Part shown: piece after piece, positions 20,036 through 30,678 of the stretch
How the letters are laid out: every line of letters begins with the position of its first letter
Position numbering within the stretch: position 1 is the stretch's first letter
Assembly (NCBI GenBank): GCA_963745025.1
Contig: CAVUWD010000002.1
Location: 128,001-192,000, forward strand
Origin: an uncultured delta proteobacterium
GTDB taxonomy: Bacteria > Desulfobacterota > Binatia > JACPRU01
DNA: 64,000 bases
Reading direction: 5' to 3'
Program-made: the position numbers and the translations under genes
The notes under the pieces: generated by a model
Databases searched by the model: none
The model's input: the letters and a program-made list of their open reading frames with translations, nothing else
What the model was told of the DNA's origin: nothing

Positions 20036-21148
20036 TCAAGGAACCAGCGCCGCACGGGCGATCGTCGTCGTGTCGTGCGCCTTCCACTCGCTGTCGGCGA
20101 ACGCTCTGTCGATCTCCGCGAGCGGGTACTTGTGGGACACCAGCTTCTCGAAGGGCCAGCGCCCGCGGTTGCGGACGAGGAAATCGAGCGCTCTCGGAAT
20201 GACCCACGGATCGTACTGGATGACCCCGATGATGCGCTTCGCGCCCCAGACGAGCTGCGCGGGCTCGAACTCGACCTTGGCCCCCCGGCTGATCGTGCCG
20301 ATCTCGAGGTAGGCGCCGCCGCTGCGCAGCATCTCGATCCCCTCGAGGATGACCTGAGGAAACCCGACGAAGTCGCACGCGACGTCGGCGCCGACCCCTC
20401 CGGTCAGCTTGCGCACCAGATTCACCCGCTCCTTCTTCTCCGGCATCTGCCGCAGATCGATCGTGTGGTCGGCGCCGAACTCGCGCGCGAGCGCCAGCCG
20501 TCCCGGAATCTGGTCGACGACGATCACGGTCTGCGCGCCCATGTCTTTGGCGACCGCCGCGGCTTGGATGCCGAGGCCGCCCGCGCCTTGGATGACGACA
20601 CTGCCGCCAAAGCGCAGCCCCGCCTGGTGCAGGCCGAAGATCACCTGGCAGAGCGCGCAGTTCACGGGCGCGACCAATTCATCGGAGAGCGAGTCGGGAA
20701 CCAGGAAGATCGCGCCGCCGGGACGCAGGTAGTAGTACTCGGCGAAGGCGCCGTGGAAGTGCGGGAAGTCGCGCGGCCCCCGCGGCCGCTCGATCTTGGC
20801 CGGGCAGTTGGCGGGCTCGTTGTTGAGGCAAACGTAGCAGCGCCCGCAGGGATAGAAGTAGGGGTAGGTGACCCGATCGCCTTCCTTGAGCGGCCGCCCG
20901 AGCGAGTCGGTCTTGATGCGCGAGCCGAGCTTGGCGACCCGGCCGGTCATCTCGTGCCCGAAGATCCACCCGTCCTCGGGCAGGCGGAGCGGAGCATCTC
21001 CTCGCCAGAAATGCAGGTCCGACCCGCAGATGTTGGCGAGCGAAACGCGAATGAGGACCGCTTCGGGCTCGACCTCCGGCAACGGCACGTCGCGGAACTC
21101 GAACGGCTTGCCCGGTCCCAGGAAGACGGCGGCTTTGCCGGTGTTCAG
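20036..21148 (-). CDS. Zn-dependent alcohol dehydrogenase (MDR); probable CTG start
   Basis: ICGSDLH, GHEM, CGRCYVC..C, QGAGGLG; conserved N-terminus KAAVFLGPGKPF extends to a CTG at 21148 preceded by AGGAG. Confidence 0.88.
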   Translation of the reverse strand: MNTGKAAVFLGPGKPFEFRDVPLPEVEPEAVLIRVSLANICGSDLHFWRGDAPLRLPEDGWIFGHEMTGRVAKLGSRIKTDSLGRPLKEGDRVTYPYFYPCGRCYVCLNNEPANCPAKIERPRGPRDFPHFHGAFAEYYYLRPGGAIFLVPDSLSDELVAPVNCALCQVIFGLHQAGLRFGGSVVIQGAGGLGIQAAAVAKDMGAQTVIVVDQIPGRLALAREFGADHTIDLRQMPEKKERVNLVRKLTGGVGADVACDFVGFPQVILEGIEMLRSGGAYLEIGTISRGAKVEFEPAQLVWGAKRIIGVIQYDPWVIPRALDFLVRNRGRWPFEKLVSHKYPLAEIDRAFADSEWKAHDTTTIARAALVP

Positions 21149-21632
21149 GTGGGTTCTCCTCGTTTGCGTCGTGAGGGACGGTCGCCGGGAGGAAACCCTT
21201 GCTCCGCGCCGGCGAGATCTCGTGCCTTCTCCCCTCCGCTAATTCGAGTTCGCGCCGCCTGTCAAGATGCGTCGCGGCAGATGCGTCGCGGCATTGCCTC
21301 GGCGTCGGATCCTCCTAAAGCGCGTATCAAGGAGGGCGAAGTCAGGGATGCTCGGCCACTTCAGCGATTGTGCAGCCGGGTCCTCGAAAGAACGTCCGGT
21401 CCCTTCCCGGGGCCGCATCTGCGTTCGAGATTTGACTCGTCGACCGACCGCATGTGATCGTTATCGACCGCCGGATGGACGGGGACAGAATTCCGCAAAT
21501 GCTCGGCCGAGCTTCGAGCGAAGATCGCGCGGCGCGGCGGAGATCTTTTCTCGTCTTCGCTATCGGTTGAACCAGCGTAGCCGGCAATCGCTGTACGGGA
21601 ACTACCTGAAGTCCGGTCCTCCACGAGTTGGG

Positions 21633-22184
21633 ATGATGCTGCGAATCGTCAAGTCGGAAATCCCCGAGGTGCTGCTGATCGAGCCGGAGGTGTTCGGCGA
21701 CGATCGCGGGTTTTTCTACGAAAGCTACAACGAGCGCGCCTTCGGCGCAGCCATCGGCCCCGGTGTCCACTTCGTCCAGGACAACCATTCACGCTCGGCG
21801 CGCAACGTGTTGCGCGGCCTGCATTACCAGGTCCGGCAGCCCCAGGGGAAGCTCGTGCGGGTGACGGCCGGCGAGATCTACGACGTGGCGGTGGACATCC
21901 GCCGCCGCTCCCCGATGTTCGGCAAGTGGACTGCCGCCGTGCTCTCGGCGAGTAACCGCAAGATGTGCTGGGTGCCTCCCGGATTCGCGCACGGCTTTCT
22001 CGTCGTGAGTGACCACGCCGAGTTGCAGTACAAGACGACCGATTACTGGGCGCCGCAGCACGAGCGCTGCATCCTCTGGAACGATCCTGACCTCGCCATA
22101 CGCTGGCCGATTCAAGACGAGCCAATCCTGTCCCAGAAAGACCGGGTAGGCCTGCCCCTGAGGCAGGCCGAGGTATTCCCGTGA
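21633..22184 (+). CDS. rfbC: dTDP-4-dehydrorhamnose 3,5-epimerase
   Basis: GDDRGFF, FVQDNHSRS, LRGLHYQ, PGFAHGF. Confidence 0.95.
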   Translation: MMLRIVKSEIPEVLLIEPEVFGDDRGFFYESYNERAFGAAIGPGVHFVQDNHSRSARNVLRGLHYQVRQPQGKLVRVTAGEIYDVAVDIRRRSPMFGKWTAAVLSASNRKMCWVPPGFAHGFLVVSDHAELQYKTTDYWAPQHERCILWNDPDLAIRWPIQDEPILSQKDRVGLPLRQAEVFP

Positions 22185-23077
22185 CCAGGATCCTGGTCAC
22201 GGGCCGCACCGGACAGATCGGCTGGGAGCTGCAAGGCGCGCTGGCGCCGCTCGGCACGGTGATCGCACTCGATCGCAGCGCGATGGACTTGGCGAGTCCG
22301 GACTCGATCCGACGTGCGATCCGGGACGCGAGACCGGAAATCATCGTCAACGCAGCAGCCTACACCGAGGTGGACAAGGCCGAATCCGAGCCCGATCTCG
22401 CATTGAAGGTCAACGGTGTTGCACCCGGCATCATGGCGGAAGAGGCCAAGCGCCTCGGGGCGATCCTCGTCCATTACTCGACGGACTATGTGTTCGACGG
22501 CGAGCTCGACCGGCCGTACGTCGAGGACGATCCACCCAACCCGGTGAACGCTTACGGGAAGACCAAGCTGGCCGGAGAGCTCGCGGTCGCTGCGGTCGGG
22601 GGCCGTCACCTGATCCTGCGTTCGAGCTGGGTCTACAGCGCGCGCGGCAGCAACTTTGTGCTCACGGTACTGCGTCTCGCACGCGAGAAGCCGGAACTCG
22701 CCATGGTGGACGACCAGACCGGCTCTCCGACCTGGTCCCGCGCGCTGGCGGAGGCCACGGCAGAGCTGTTACGCCGGAAGGACCGCGTACTCGGTCGCAG
22801 CGGGGTGTATCACCTCGCGGCCAGCGGACACGCATCCCGTTATGAGTTTGCGAAGGACGTCATCCGCATCATGCGGGACGTTTGCGGAGAGGTAGGCGGC
22901 TGGGCAAAGGTAAGACCGATCACCAGCGGCGAGTATCCATTGCCGGCGCGGCGCCCGCGCAATCCGGTCATGAGCCAGGACAAGGTCAAGCGGATTCTCG
23001 GCGTCGAAATGACGCACTGGAGGGATGTATTGCGGTCGTTCCTCGTGGATCTCGCCCCGATGAAGGTGGCGCGCTGA
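22181..23077 (+). CDS. rfbD: dTDP-4-dehydrorhamnose reductase
   Basis: TGRTGQIG, NAAAYTEVDKAE, STDYVFDG, YGKTKLAGE, DQTGSPT. Confidence 0.95.
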   Translation: MTRILVTGRTGQIGWELQGALAPLGTVIALDRSAMDLASPDSIRRAIRDARPEIIVNAAAYTEVDKAESEPDLALKVNGVAPGIMAEEAKRLGAILVHYSTDYVFDGELDRPYVEDDPPNPVNAYGKTKLAGELAVAAVGGRHLILRSSWVYSARGSNFVLTVLRLAREKPELAMVDDQTGSPTWSRALAEATAELLRRKDRVLGRSGVYHLAASGHASRYEFAKDVIRIMRDVCGEVGGWAKVRPITSGEYPLPARRPRNPVMSQDKVKRILGVEMTHWRDVLRSFLVDLAPMKVAR

Positions 23078-23229
23078 CGGTGTTCGCCGGGGACTTCCCG
23101 TAGTTTGAGGGCGGCGGCCATGGCGCGATGGCCGGGGAAGAAAACCTCCCGGAATCCGCAGACGTCCGACGTCGGCTGCGGTTGTGCCCGTGCCGCGCGA
23201 AGCCTAGCTTAATGGTGCCGGAGTTCGCC

Positions 23230-23862
23230 ATGTTCGACCCTCTCGCCGAGGAGCGCAAGGAAATCTCCGCCCGAACGCTCGAATACTACGAGCGCGTCGC
23301 GGTACAGTTCCGCGAAGGGACCTGGGACCATGACGTCCGGCAGAACATTGACACCCTGCTCCGGCACATCGAGGCGCCGGCCCCATTCACCATCCTCGAC
23401 CTCGGCTGTGGCCCGGGGCGAGATCTGGTCGCTTTTTCGGCTCTCGGCCACGTCACCATCGGCCTCGAAGGATCGGCGGCACTCGCGCGCATGGCCCGCG
23501 CGGCATCGGGCTGCGAAGTTCTAGAGCAGGACTTCCTCGCGCTCGATCTCCCCGCGCGGCGGTTCGACGGCATCTTCGCGAACGCGTCGCTGTTCCACGT
23601 TCCGAGCCGCGAGCTGCCCGGGGTGCTCGAGCAGCTCCGCACGGCTCTCCGTTCGCACGGCGTGCTCTTCTCCTCCAATCCGCGCGGCAGCGGCGAAGAG
23701 GGTTGGTCGCGAGAGCGCTACGGCTGCTACCACGACCTCGCGGGATGGCGAGGGTTCCTCACGGCCGCGGGCTTCGAGGAGCTCGAACACTACTACCGGC
23801 CCCCCGGTCTTCCGCGGGAGCGGCAACCCTGGCTCGCGACCGTGTGGCGGCGGTTGAGCTGA
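23230..23862 (+). CDS. Class I SAM-dependent methyltransferase
   Basis: LDLGCGPGRD, FDGIFANASLFH; start uncertain. Confidence 0.85.
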   Translation: MFDPLAEERKEISARTLEYYERVAVQFREGTWDHDVRQNIDTLLRHIEAPAPFTILDLGCGPGRDLVAFSALGHVTIGLEGSAALARMARAASGCEVLEQDFLALDLPARRFDGIFANASLFHVPSRELPGVLEQLRTALRSHGVLFSSNPRGSGEEGWSRERYGCYHDLAGWRGFLTAAGFEELEHYYRPPGLPRERQPWLATVWRRLS

Positions 23863-23888
23863 CGGGACGTTCCGCAGAGGTGCATGCG

Positions 23889-24263
23889 ATGCTCGTCAAT
23901 GAGGAAGACGACCGGTTCTACGTCGCGAAATCGACCCTGCCTGGCGCGGGGAGCGGCCTGTTCACGAAGGTGCCGCTCCGCAAGGGCGACCGCCTCGAGG
24001 TCGTCGGCGTGATCGTGCGCCGCGACTCGGTTTCGGACCGCTGCACGCACTTCTGCGATCACCACAAGTTCCGGATCGGGGAGAGCCAGCTGCTGATCCC
24101 GCTCGGCTTCGGCGCAATGGTGAACCACTCGCCTACTCCCAACCTGCAGAAGGTCTTCGAGGGCGACCGTCTCTACCTCGAGGCGCTGCGCGACCTTCCG
24201 GCGGACGAAGAGGTCTTCTTCACCTACACGCCGTATGCGCAAGAAGCGTTCGGTCTGCTCTGA
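23889..24263 (+). CDS. SET domain protein
   Basis: STLPGAGSGLF, VNHS..PN, EEVFFTY. Confidence 0.8.
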   Translation: MLVNEEDDRFYVAKSTLPGAGSGLFTKVPLRKGDRLEVVGVIVRRDSVSDRCTHFCDHHKFRIGESQLLIPLGFGAMVNHSPTPNLQKVFEGDRLYLEALRDLPADEEVFFTYTPYAQEAFGLL

Positions 24264-24953
24264 TCAAGCGGGCATGACCGCGTAGCGCGTACGATCGGAC
24301 ACTCCTGCCTCCACGAACGCCTCGTGGCGCTCGTGGCACTTGAGACAGGCGCCGCAGTGCAGCGGACCTAGGGGGCCGCCTTCGTCGAGGGTCGTGCCCG
24401 CCTTCTGGCCGATGCAGGTCAGGGTGAGATGCAGCGGCAGCTCGCGGTGAGCGCGGATGAGATCTGATTTCTCCATGCCGCGGTACGGCGCGACGACCTC
24501 GATCGCGTGGCGGAGGGCTCCGCTCAGCAGCCGGCCGTAGTCGGCGAAGAACTCGGGCGTCGCGTCCGGGTAGGGATTCTGCATCAGCGATCCGAGCGCG
24601 ATCCGGTGAACGTCGTGAAGGGCGCACCAGACACCGGCCACGCCGAGCAAAAGGATGTTCCGGCCGGGAAGGTAGTCGGCGTCGATGCGGGCGTCGTAGT
24701 CCGGAACGTCCTCGCCCGTGAGGCTCCAGTGGCGTCCGTAGAGACGGTCGACGGGCACGGCGAGCGTCGCCAGCGGCGCGAAGCGCCGGCCACCGAGCGC
24801 CGCAAGGTAGGTTCGCAGCGCCTTTTGCTCGGCCGCCTCCCATGCGAGGCCGAACTCGACGTAGAGCGGGAAGACGTCGGAGTTTCGAGCGAGGTCGGCG
24901 ACGAGCACCGCGCTATCGAGGCCGCCGCTGGTGAGGACGGCTACGCGATCCAC
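24264..24953 (-). CDS. queC: 7-cyano-7-deazaguanine synthase QueC-like PP-loop ATPase
   Basis: SGGLDS PP-loop, YLPGRN, YPD, Zn site TC...HCGACLKC; GTG start at 24953. Confidence 0.78.
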   Translation of the reverse strand: MDRVAVLTSGGLDSAVLVADLARNSDVFPLYVEFGLAWEAAEQKALRTYLAALGGRRFAPLATLAVPVDRLYGRHWSLTGEDVPDYDARIDADYLPGRNILLLGVAGVWCALHDVHRIALGSLMQNPYPDATPEFFADYGRLLSGALRHAIEVVAPYRGMEKSDLIRAHRELPLHLTLTCIGQKAGTTLDEGGPLGPLHCGACLKCHERHEAFVEAGVSDRTRYAVMPA

Positions 24954-25015
24954 GGCTCGCTCCCGCAAACGGCGTCGCTCTTCGCCGTCGGATCGCCGAC
25001 CATCGGATGACAGCC

Positions 25016-25795
25016 CTAGGCGCTCGGGCGCTGGCCCTTGAGCCTCGTCCCGACGATGTGCCTGCCCGAGTCGACGCGGATGTTCTCGCCGGTCACGGTC
25101 TCGAGCTTCAGCAAGGTCACGACCAGCTCGGCCATCTCTTCCTCGGACGACTCGCGGTGGAGCGGGGTCTGCGCGAGCGCGGCCTTCCATTCCTCGCTCG
25201 ATACCAGAGCAGGGTCTTGCACCGTTGGCCCGGGGGAGATCGTGTTGACCAGAATGCCGTGGGGCGCGAGCTCGAGCGCGAAAGCGCGGGTCATGAAGTG
25301 AACGGCCGCTTTGGCGGTGAGGTACGGTAGGTAGTCCGTGTAAGGCGTCTCTTCCGCGGCCCAGTCGCCGAAGAAGACGATGTGGCCGCGCGTGGGGCCG
25401 GCATTGCCCTGCATGGCGCGGCCCGAAGCCAGCGCGAGCAGGTAGGCTCCCTTCGCCGAAGCCATCGCGTGATCCCAATCGGCGGCGGTGAGCGACGGGT
25501 AGGGCGTGCGCGGATAGTCGAACGCGGCATCTACGCAGAACGAGAGATTGCCGAGCTGGCGGCGCGCCTCGTCGACGAGGCGCAGCACGTCTTGCGGTGA
25601 GGCGAGGTCCGCCTGGATGACGCAGGCCCGGTCGACGGCGTCACGGACCGACGCGCAGAGACCGTCGGCGACGTCACGGGAGCTGCGATAGACGATGGCG
25701 AGATTGACGCCTTCGCGAGCGAGGCGCTTGACGACCGTCGCGCCGATGCGTCGGGTCCCCGCGACGATCGCGCCGCGGCCTTTCAGCTCAACCAT
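25016..25795 (-). CDS. SDR, pteridine reductase (FolM/PTR1)-like
   Basis: GTRRIG, VYRSS, GDWA, YLPYLTAK, VDSGRH. Confidence 0.75.
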   Translation of the reverse strand: MVELKGRGAIVAGTRRIGATVVKRLAREGVNLAIVYRSSRDVADGLCASVRDAVDRACVIQADLASPQDVLRLVDEARRQLGNLSFCVDAAFDYPRTPYPSLTAADWDHAMASAKGAYLLALASGRAMQGNAGPTRGHIVFFGDWAAEETPYTDYLPYLTAKAAVHFMTRAFALELAPHGILVNTISPGPTVQDPALVSSEEWKAALAQTPLHRESSEEEMAELVVTLLKLETVTGENIRVDSGRHIVGTRLKGQRPSA

Positions 25796-25929
25796 GCGGC
25801 CCCCGCGTCATGCCGACCTCGGTATAGGAGAAACTACCGGATGTCGACACGAGGACCGCGGGCTCGGCACGCTCTGCGGGTCCAGTATTTTCGCTTCGAG
25901 GCTGGGTCGTCCCGTCGTCGCGGACAGCG

Positions 25930-27697
25930 TCACGACACCGCGGGCTCGCACGCGCTCACCGACCGGATGAGCGTCGCGGGGGGTACGCCGTGTCGCCGCA
26001 ACAGCCGGCGCATCTGCAGATTCATCTCGTAGAAGGTGGGCGGCTCATAGGTATGTCCCGCGCGCAAGAGTCGTTCTTCGCGGTGCAGCTTCCACAAGGC
26101 AAAGCGCCCGGCCAGCGGCGCCACCACGCGGGCCCGAAGGCCCACTTCCCGCTTGATGTCGGTCAAGAGCCGGCTCAGCTTGGTCACCAGCGCAGGGTTG
26201 CGCTCAGCAAACCAGCGGCGGGCCGCCCACAACGCCGCGGGATACATCACGGTCAGGTCCCGCGCCTCCCACGCGAAGCGTTCCCGAATGCGCCGGTCCG
26301 TGTGGTCTTTGTAGCGCCGCCATCCCTGCAGCAAGGTCCTGGCGATGCGCAGCACGCTGGGCCCGTTGACTTCGAAGTCCCGCTGAAACGCGCTCAAAAT
26401 CAGCTCCGCTTCCTTCCCGGGAGAGATCGACGGATGGAGATGCCGAAAGTGGAGCTGCCCGTGGATGTCCGCCTCGTGGTAGCTGTCGGGCTCCCGCAGC
26501 GTCCCGTTGGCCAAGTGCTCGGCATAGAGCGGCGTGCCGGGAACCGGCGTGTAGAGCATGAACTGGTGGAAGTCCGTCTCGTGGCTGACGGCATGCTCGA
26601 TTGCCTCGACGATGTTCTCGGGTGTGTGCTCCTCCAAGCCGATGATGCTCGAGCCCAGAACCCGGATGCCGTGCGACTGGAGCGTGCGGACCAGCGAGAC
26701 GGTATCCACCCCGGAGAGCTTGGCATACCGGCTGTTCTTCCCCTCCAGGCCCATCCACACCCATGAGATGCCCAACCGGACCAGCTCCTCGATCGCATAC
26801 GATTGCAAGACCCGGGCGGAGCTGAACACGTAGAGCGACCACGACTTGCCGTGGTGCTCAATCAGCTCCAACAGGCGCAGCGCGCGTTGGCGGTGCAACA
26901 GGAAGTTTTCGTCCATCACGAAGAAGGAGCGCACCTGCATCCCCTGCTCCAGCCCGCACATCACGCGGAAGAGCTCATCGCCGCTTTGGTAGAAATTCAC
27001 GGACTGGCCCTTGCCGCCGAACATCGCGGAGGTCGAGCAGAAGTTGCATCCCACCGGGCAGCCGACCGACGGGATCAGCGTGGCGGCACACGACCGCCCG
27101 GCACTGCTGCTCTCAAAACCCATCACGCGCGTCCGGACCGCGGAGGAGATCTGCGGATGCCGGACCGGCTGCGCGGGGTCCTCCCCCAGGAACTGCCGGA
27201 ACCAGCGCACCCCCTCGCCGCGCACAATGTAGTCCGCATCCACGCGCTGGTCCAAATCCTGGCAGTTGGCGATGTGCCCGCCCACCACGATCGTGGCCTG
27301 CGGCTGATGCCGCGCGGATGAGCTGGCACATCTTCTTGACCTTCTCGACATTCGGCAGGATGGAGCTGATGCCGATGATGTCGTACTCCGCGGAGCACAG
27401 CTCGTCGGTAAAGCGCTCCAGCGTCGGAAAATCCAGCAGCGTGCAGGGCGCGTCGATATTGGCGTGGATGAGCATGATGCCCCACGACCGGTGGAACATG
27501 CGCAGTGAAAACGGGCCCTGGCCGCGGGTCACCTGGTTTTGGTACAGCTCCATCGGGTTGAGCGCCCGGCTGCCGTAGTCGTCGTCTTGCGCATACGGGC
27601 CGAAGACGCTGCTCAGCAGGATGCGGGCGCGCGATCCCAACGGATGCTGGGGCACCGCTTGGCCGGAGCGGGGCGCCGCGTTGGTTACGATTGCCAT
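25930..27697 (-). pseudogene. Cobalamin-dependent radical SAM protein with one frameshift at about 27314
   Basis: B12-binding N-terminus (YDIIGISS..VKKMCQLIR) continues in another frame as HQPQATIVVGGH..GEG; GCPVGCNFC; removing one base in ATCCGCGCGGCAT restores the frame. Confidence 0.8.
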
Positions 27698-28004
27698 GAT
27701 TCACGACTCCTTCTGATAGCGTCACACGGTCTGTGCACGACGGAGGTAAACCACCCTGCATTCTATGACAAAGGACACGGAGGCGCTAGGTCAGGCGCGC
27801 AGATCGGCGGCGTCGCCGGGCAGGAGCAAGGGCGTGCCCCGCTGGGTGGAATCGTCGTGGCGCGAAAATTTGTCGGGGCCGGACGCTTGGAGGCGGAGGG
27901 AGGCGGAGGATAGGAGGATAGATTCTTTCTCAGTCGTAGCTTCTTTGCGTTTTGCGGCTCGGGCGCTATACGACGGGAGCCGAATATACTCGAGGAGGCG
28001 AGCG

Positions 28005-29018
28005 ATGAAGAGATACGAGCTGCGCACCACCAAAGGCGTCGAAAGCCTGAAGGCCGCAGATGCACCGATGCCGAGCCCGGGGCCCGGGCAAGCTCTGGTG
28101 CGAGTGCATGCCATCTCCCTGAACTATCGCGACCTGCTCGTCCTCTCGGGCATGTATCCTGGTAGCCTGCCGCTGCCTTTGGTGCCGACTTCCGACGGCG
28201 CCGGCCAGGTCACCGCAGTTGGACCCGGAGTCGACCGCGTGAAGGTCGGCGACCGCGTCGCGGGAACCTTCTTCGAGGGTTGGGCGTCCGGACGGCTGAC
28301 CGAGCGCGACATGGCGACCGCGCGTGGCGGAGCGACGCAGGGCATGCTCGCCGAATACGTCTTGTCGAGCGCGGATGCCCTCGTGCGGATACCCGATCAC
28401 CTGTCGTTCGACGAAGCCGCTACCTTGCCCTGCGCGGCGGTGACGGCGTGGCACGCTTTGTTCGAGGTCGATCCTTTGCGTCCCGGCGAGACTGTGCTCG
28501 TGCTCGGAACGGGAGGGGTGTCAATCTTTGCTCTTCAGTTCGCCGTCATGGCGGGTGCGCAGGTGATCGTCACTTCGTCGAGCGACCAGAAGCTCGAACA
28601 AGCTCGAGGGCTCGGAGCGGCGACGACCATCAACTACAAGAAAGCTCCGAACTGGGAGATCCCCGTCCGCGAGGCAACTGGGGGGATCGGGGTCGATCGC
28701 GTGATCGAGGTCGGCGGTCCCGGCACCTTCCAGAAGTCGCTCGCGTCTCTGCGCATGGGGGGACGCCTGTCGGTGATTGGCATCCTCACCGGCTTTAGCG
28801 GGGGAGTGGAAATCGTCCCGATCCTCGTCGGCAGCCTCCACGTGGACGGAATCTACGTCGGGAGCCGCGAGATGTTCGAGTCGATGAACCGAGCGATAGC
28901 CCGAACGAAGATGTCGCCGGTGATCGATCGGGTGTTCTCCTTCGCCGAGGCCCCAGCCGCGTATGAACACCTGCGCTCCGCTCGGCACTTCGGTAAGGTC
29001 GTGATTCGAATCGACTGA
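28005..29018 (+). CDS. Zn-independent MDR/quinone oxidoreductase-like alcohol dehydrogenase
   Basis: SLNYRDL, SDGAG, TLPCAAVTAW, GTGGVS, HFGKVVI; GAGGAGG RBS. Confidence 0.88.
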   Translation: MKRYELRTTKGVESLKAADAPMPSPGPGQALVRVHAISLNYRDLLVLSGMYPGSLPLPLVPTSDGAGQVTAVGPGVDRVKVGDRVAGTFFEGWASGRLTERDMATARGGATQGMLAEYVLSSADALVRIPDHLSFDEAATLPCAAVTAWHALFEVDPLRPGETVLVLGTGGVSIFALQFAVMAGAQVIVTSSSDQKLEQARGLGAATTINYKKAPNWEIPVREATGGIGVDRVIEVGGPGTFQKSLASLRMGGRLSVIGILTGFSGGVEIVPILVGSLHVDGIYVGSREMFESMNRAIARTKMSPVIDRVFSFAEAPAAYEHLRSARHFGKVVIRID

Positions 29019-29123
29019 TGCAGCGCCCACGATGCCAGGCAGATGCTGGTGCGCTCGGGCGCCTTGGCAGGACGATCTTACGGAAAATCCTCGGTCCATC
29101 TCGCGGGAGACTAGGAGGATGCG

Positions 29124-29640
29124 ATGAACGGTCCGATCGCAGGCAAGGTCGTCGTCATCACGGGAGCGAGCAGCGGAATCGGCGAGACGACCGCGAAGCA
29201 TCTGGCGGCGTCCGGGGCGCTGGTCTCCCTCGGAGCGCGCCGCAAGCATCGGCTCGACGCGTTGGTCGATCGACATCAACGTCAAGGGCGTCCTCTACGG
29301 AATCGCTGCCGTGCTGCCGATCATGAGAGAACAAGAGAGCGGTCACATCATCAACGTCTCTTCCGTCGCGGGCCACACGGTGAGACCCGGAAACGCCGTC
29401 TACGCGGCGACAAAGCATGCGGTTCGTGTGATCTCCGAGGGTCTCCGGATGGAAGTCAAGCCGTACGGAATCCGGACCACGATCATCTCCCCGGGTGCCG
29501 TCGCGACGGAGCTCGCCGACAGCGTGACCGAGCCCGACCTCCAGGAGCGGACGCGCGCTTTCTATGCGCTGGCGGTCCCAGCGGACGTGATCGCCCGCGC
29601 GATCGCCTACGCGATTTCCGAGCCACCCGATTCTCGAACC
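29124..29640 (+). pseudogene. SDR oxidoreductase with internal deletion and frameshift
   Basis: [14 protein letters not shown] jumps at about 29270 to [22 protein letters not shown] in another frame; the NNAG region is missing. Confidence 0.85.
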
Positions 29641-29714
29641 AGACCTGCCCAGAGAAGCAGGAAGGTAAGCGATCGGCACCGAGGATCCAGTCGGTGCAGG
29701 GAGGGACGACTGGG

Positions 29715-30590
29715 GTGACGCAAAGACCGACGCGACTCGACGCGATCGTTCAGGCGGAGCGGCGCTTCGTGTGGCTGGACTGCATGGCCTACGCGCGACG
29801 GCTGTTCGCTCCGAGCGAAGACGTCTGGGGAGAGGTGAGTCGGTTCATCGACGTCGTCCGGCAAGCGCAGCGGCTGGTGGCATCCGAAGTGATCGAGATC
29901 AGTTTGGACGCATTTCATCGGGCTGCGCTCAAGCCGACGTCTGGAGCCGATTCCCGTACCGATCCTCGCGCGGTGTCGTCCCTTCGCCGGCTGCTGCGAG
30001 ACGGAGCGCCCACGAAGCGAGCCTCGGAGAGCATTCGCGGGTTGCACGCGCTCTACCCCGACGTTCCCATCGTCCTCGTGCTGAAGGGCGGTGCCCGCTG
30101 GCTTTCGCTGGCTTCCAACGACCTCGGGTTCGAGAAGTCGTGGGATCGTGAGGACGTGGACGCCAGCAGCGTGTACTTGGCGGATCTCGTGCGATCGTTC
30201 TCGAACGTCGGGGTGGCAGGCATCGTCGTCGACGTGCGAGGCCAAGACGCGGCCTCGGCGCCGGAGCAGGTCGAGCTGCATCGCCCACTGTTCAACGTCG
30301 CGCAGCATTACCAGTGGGTCAAGGGCGTGATGACCGATCCGCCGGCGCTGTTCGATGGATCCGCGCTCGCCGGCCTCGTCGATCTCGTCCTGTGCCCCGA
30401 AATCGATCTTGCCGCGGTCGCCCGACCGGTCGACGGCGTTCCTGTCGGCGGTGGTCTGAATGAGCGGTTCTGGCTGGCAGAAGAGTGTCCCGAGCTACCA
30501 GAGCGGGGCCTATGCTACGGCGAGATCCCCGAGCATGCCGAGCCGGAACAAGTGCTCTCCAGACTGGCCCGACTGCGCGCTCGCGTCTGA
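29715..30590 (+). CDS. Hypothetical protein
   Basis: Protein-like 291-aa frame from GTG 29715 after GGAGG; possibly a URO-D/TIM-barrel-like fold (weak). Confidence 0.6.
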   Translation: MTQRPTRLDAIVQAERRFVWLDCMAYARRLFAPSEDVWGEVSRFIDVVRQAQRLVASEVIEISLDAFHRAALKPTSGADSRTDPRAVSSLRRLLRDGAPTKRASESIRGLHALYPDVPIVLVLKGGARWLSLASNDLGFEKSWDREDVDASSVYLADLVRSFSNVGVAGIVVDVRGQDAASAPEQVELHRPLFNVAQHYQWVKGVMTDPPALFDGSALAGLVDLVLCPEIDLAAVARPVDGVPVGGGLNERFWLAEECPELPERGLCYGEIPEHAEPEQVLSRLARLRARV

Positions 30591-30678
30591 CGCCACCGAA
30601 GCACGTTAGCTCGGCACCATCGCTTCCTGGGGCCTGTCGGGTAGGGACCGGTGCCTGACAGGGCTTGCTCGCTGTACC

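Noticed and set aside
21265-21292. Tandem 14-bp duplication AGATGCGTCGCGGC
   Set aside because: Only two copies in an intergenic region; probably slippage with no evident function
21540-21615. RfbA C-terminal remnant (SLYGNYLK) upstream of rfbC
   Set aside because: Similarity is too short to support
24264-24953. QueC as part of a Qat, CBASS or Dpd anti-phage system
   Set aside because: No TatD, KAP ATPase, cyclase or TGT-like partner genes nearby
29124-30590. SDR-hypothetical fusion protein (488 aa)
   Set aside because: Artefact of the deletion frameshift in the SDR; the downstream gene has its own RBS and GTG at 29715
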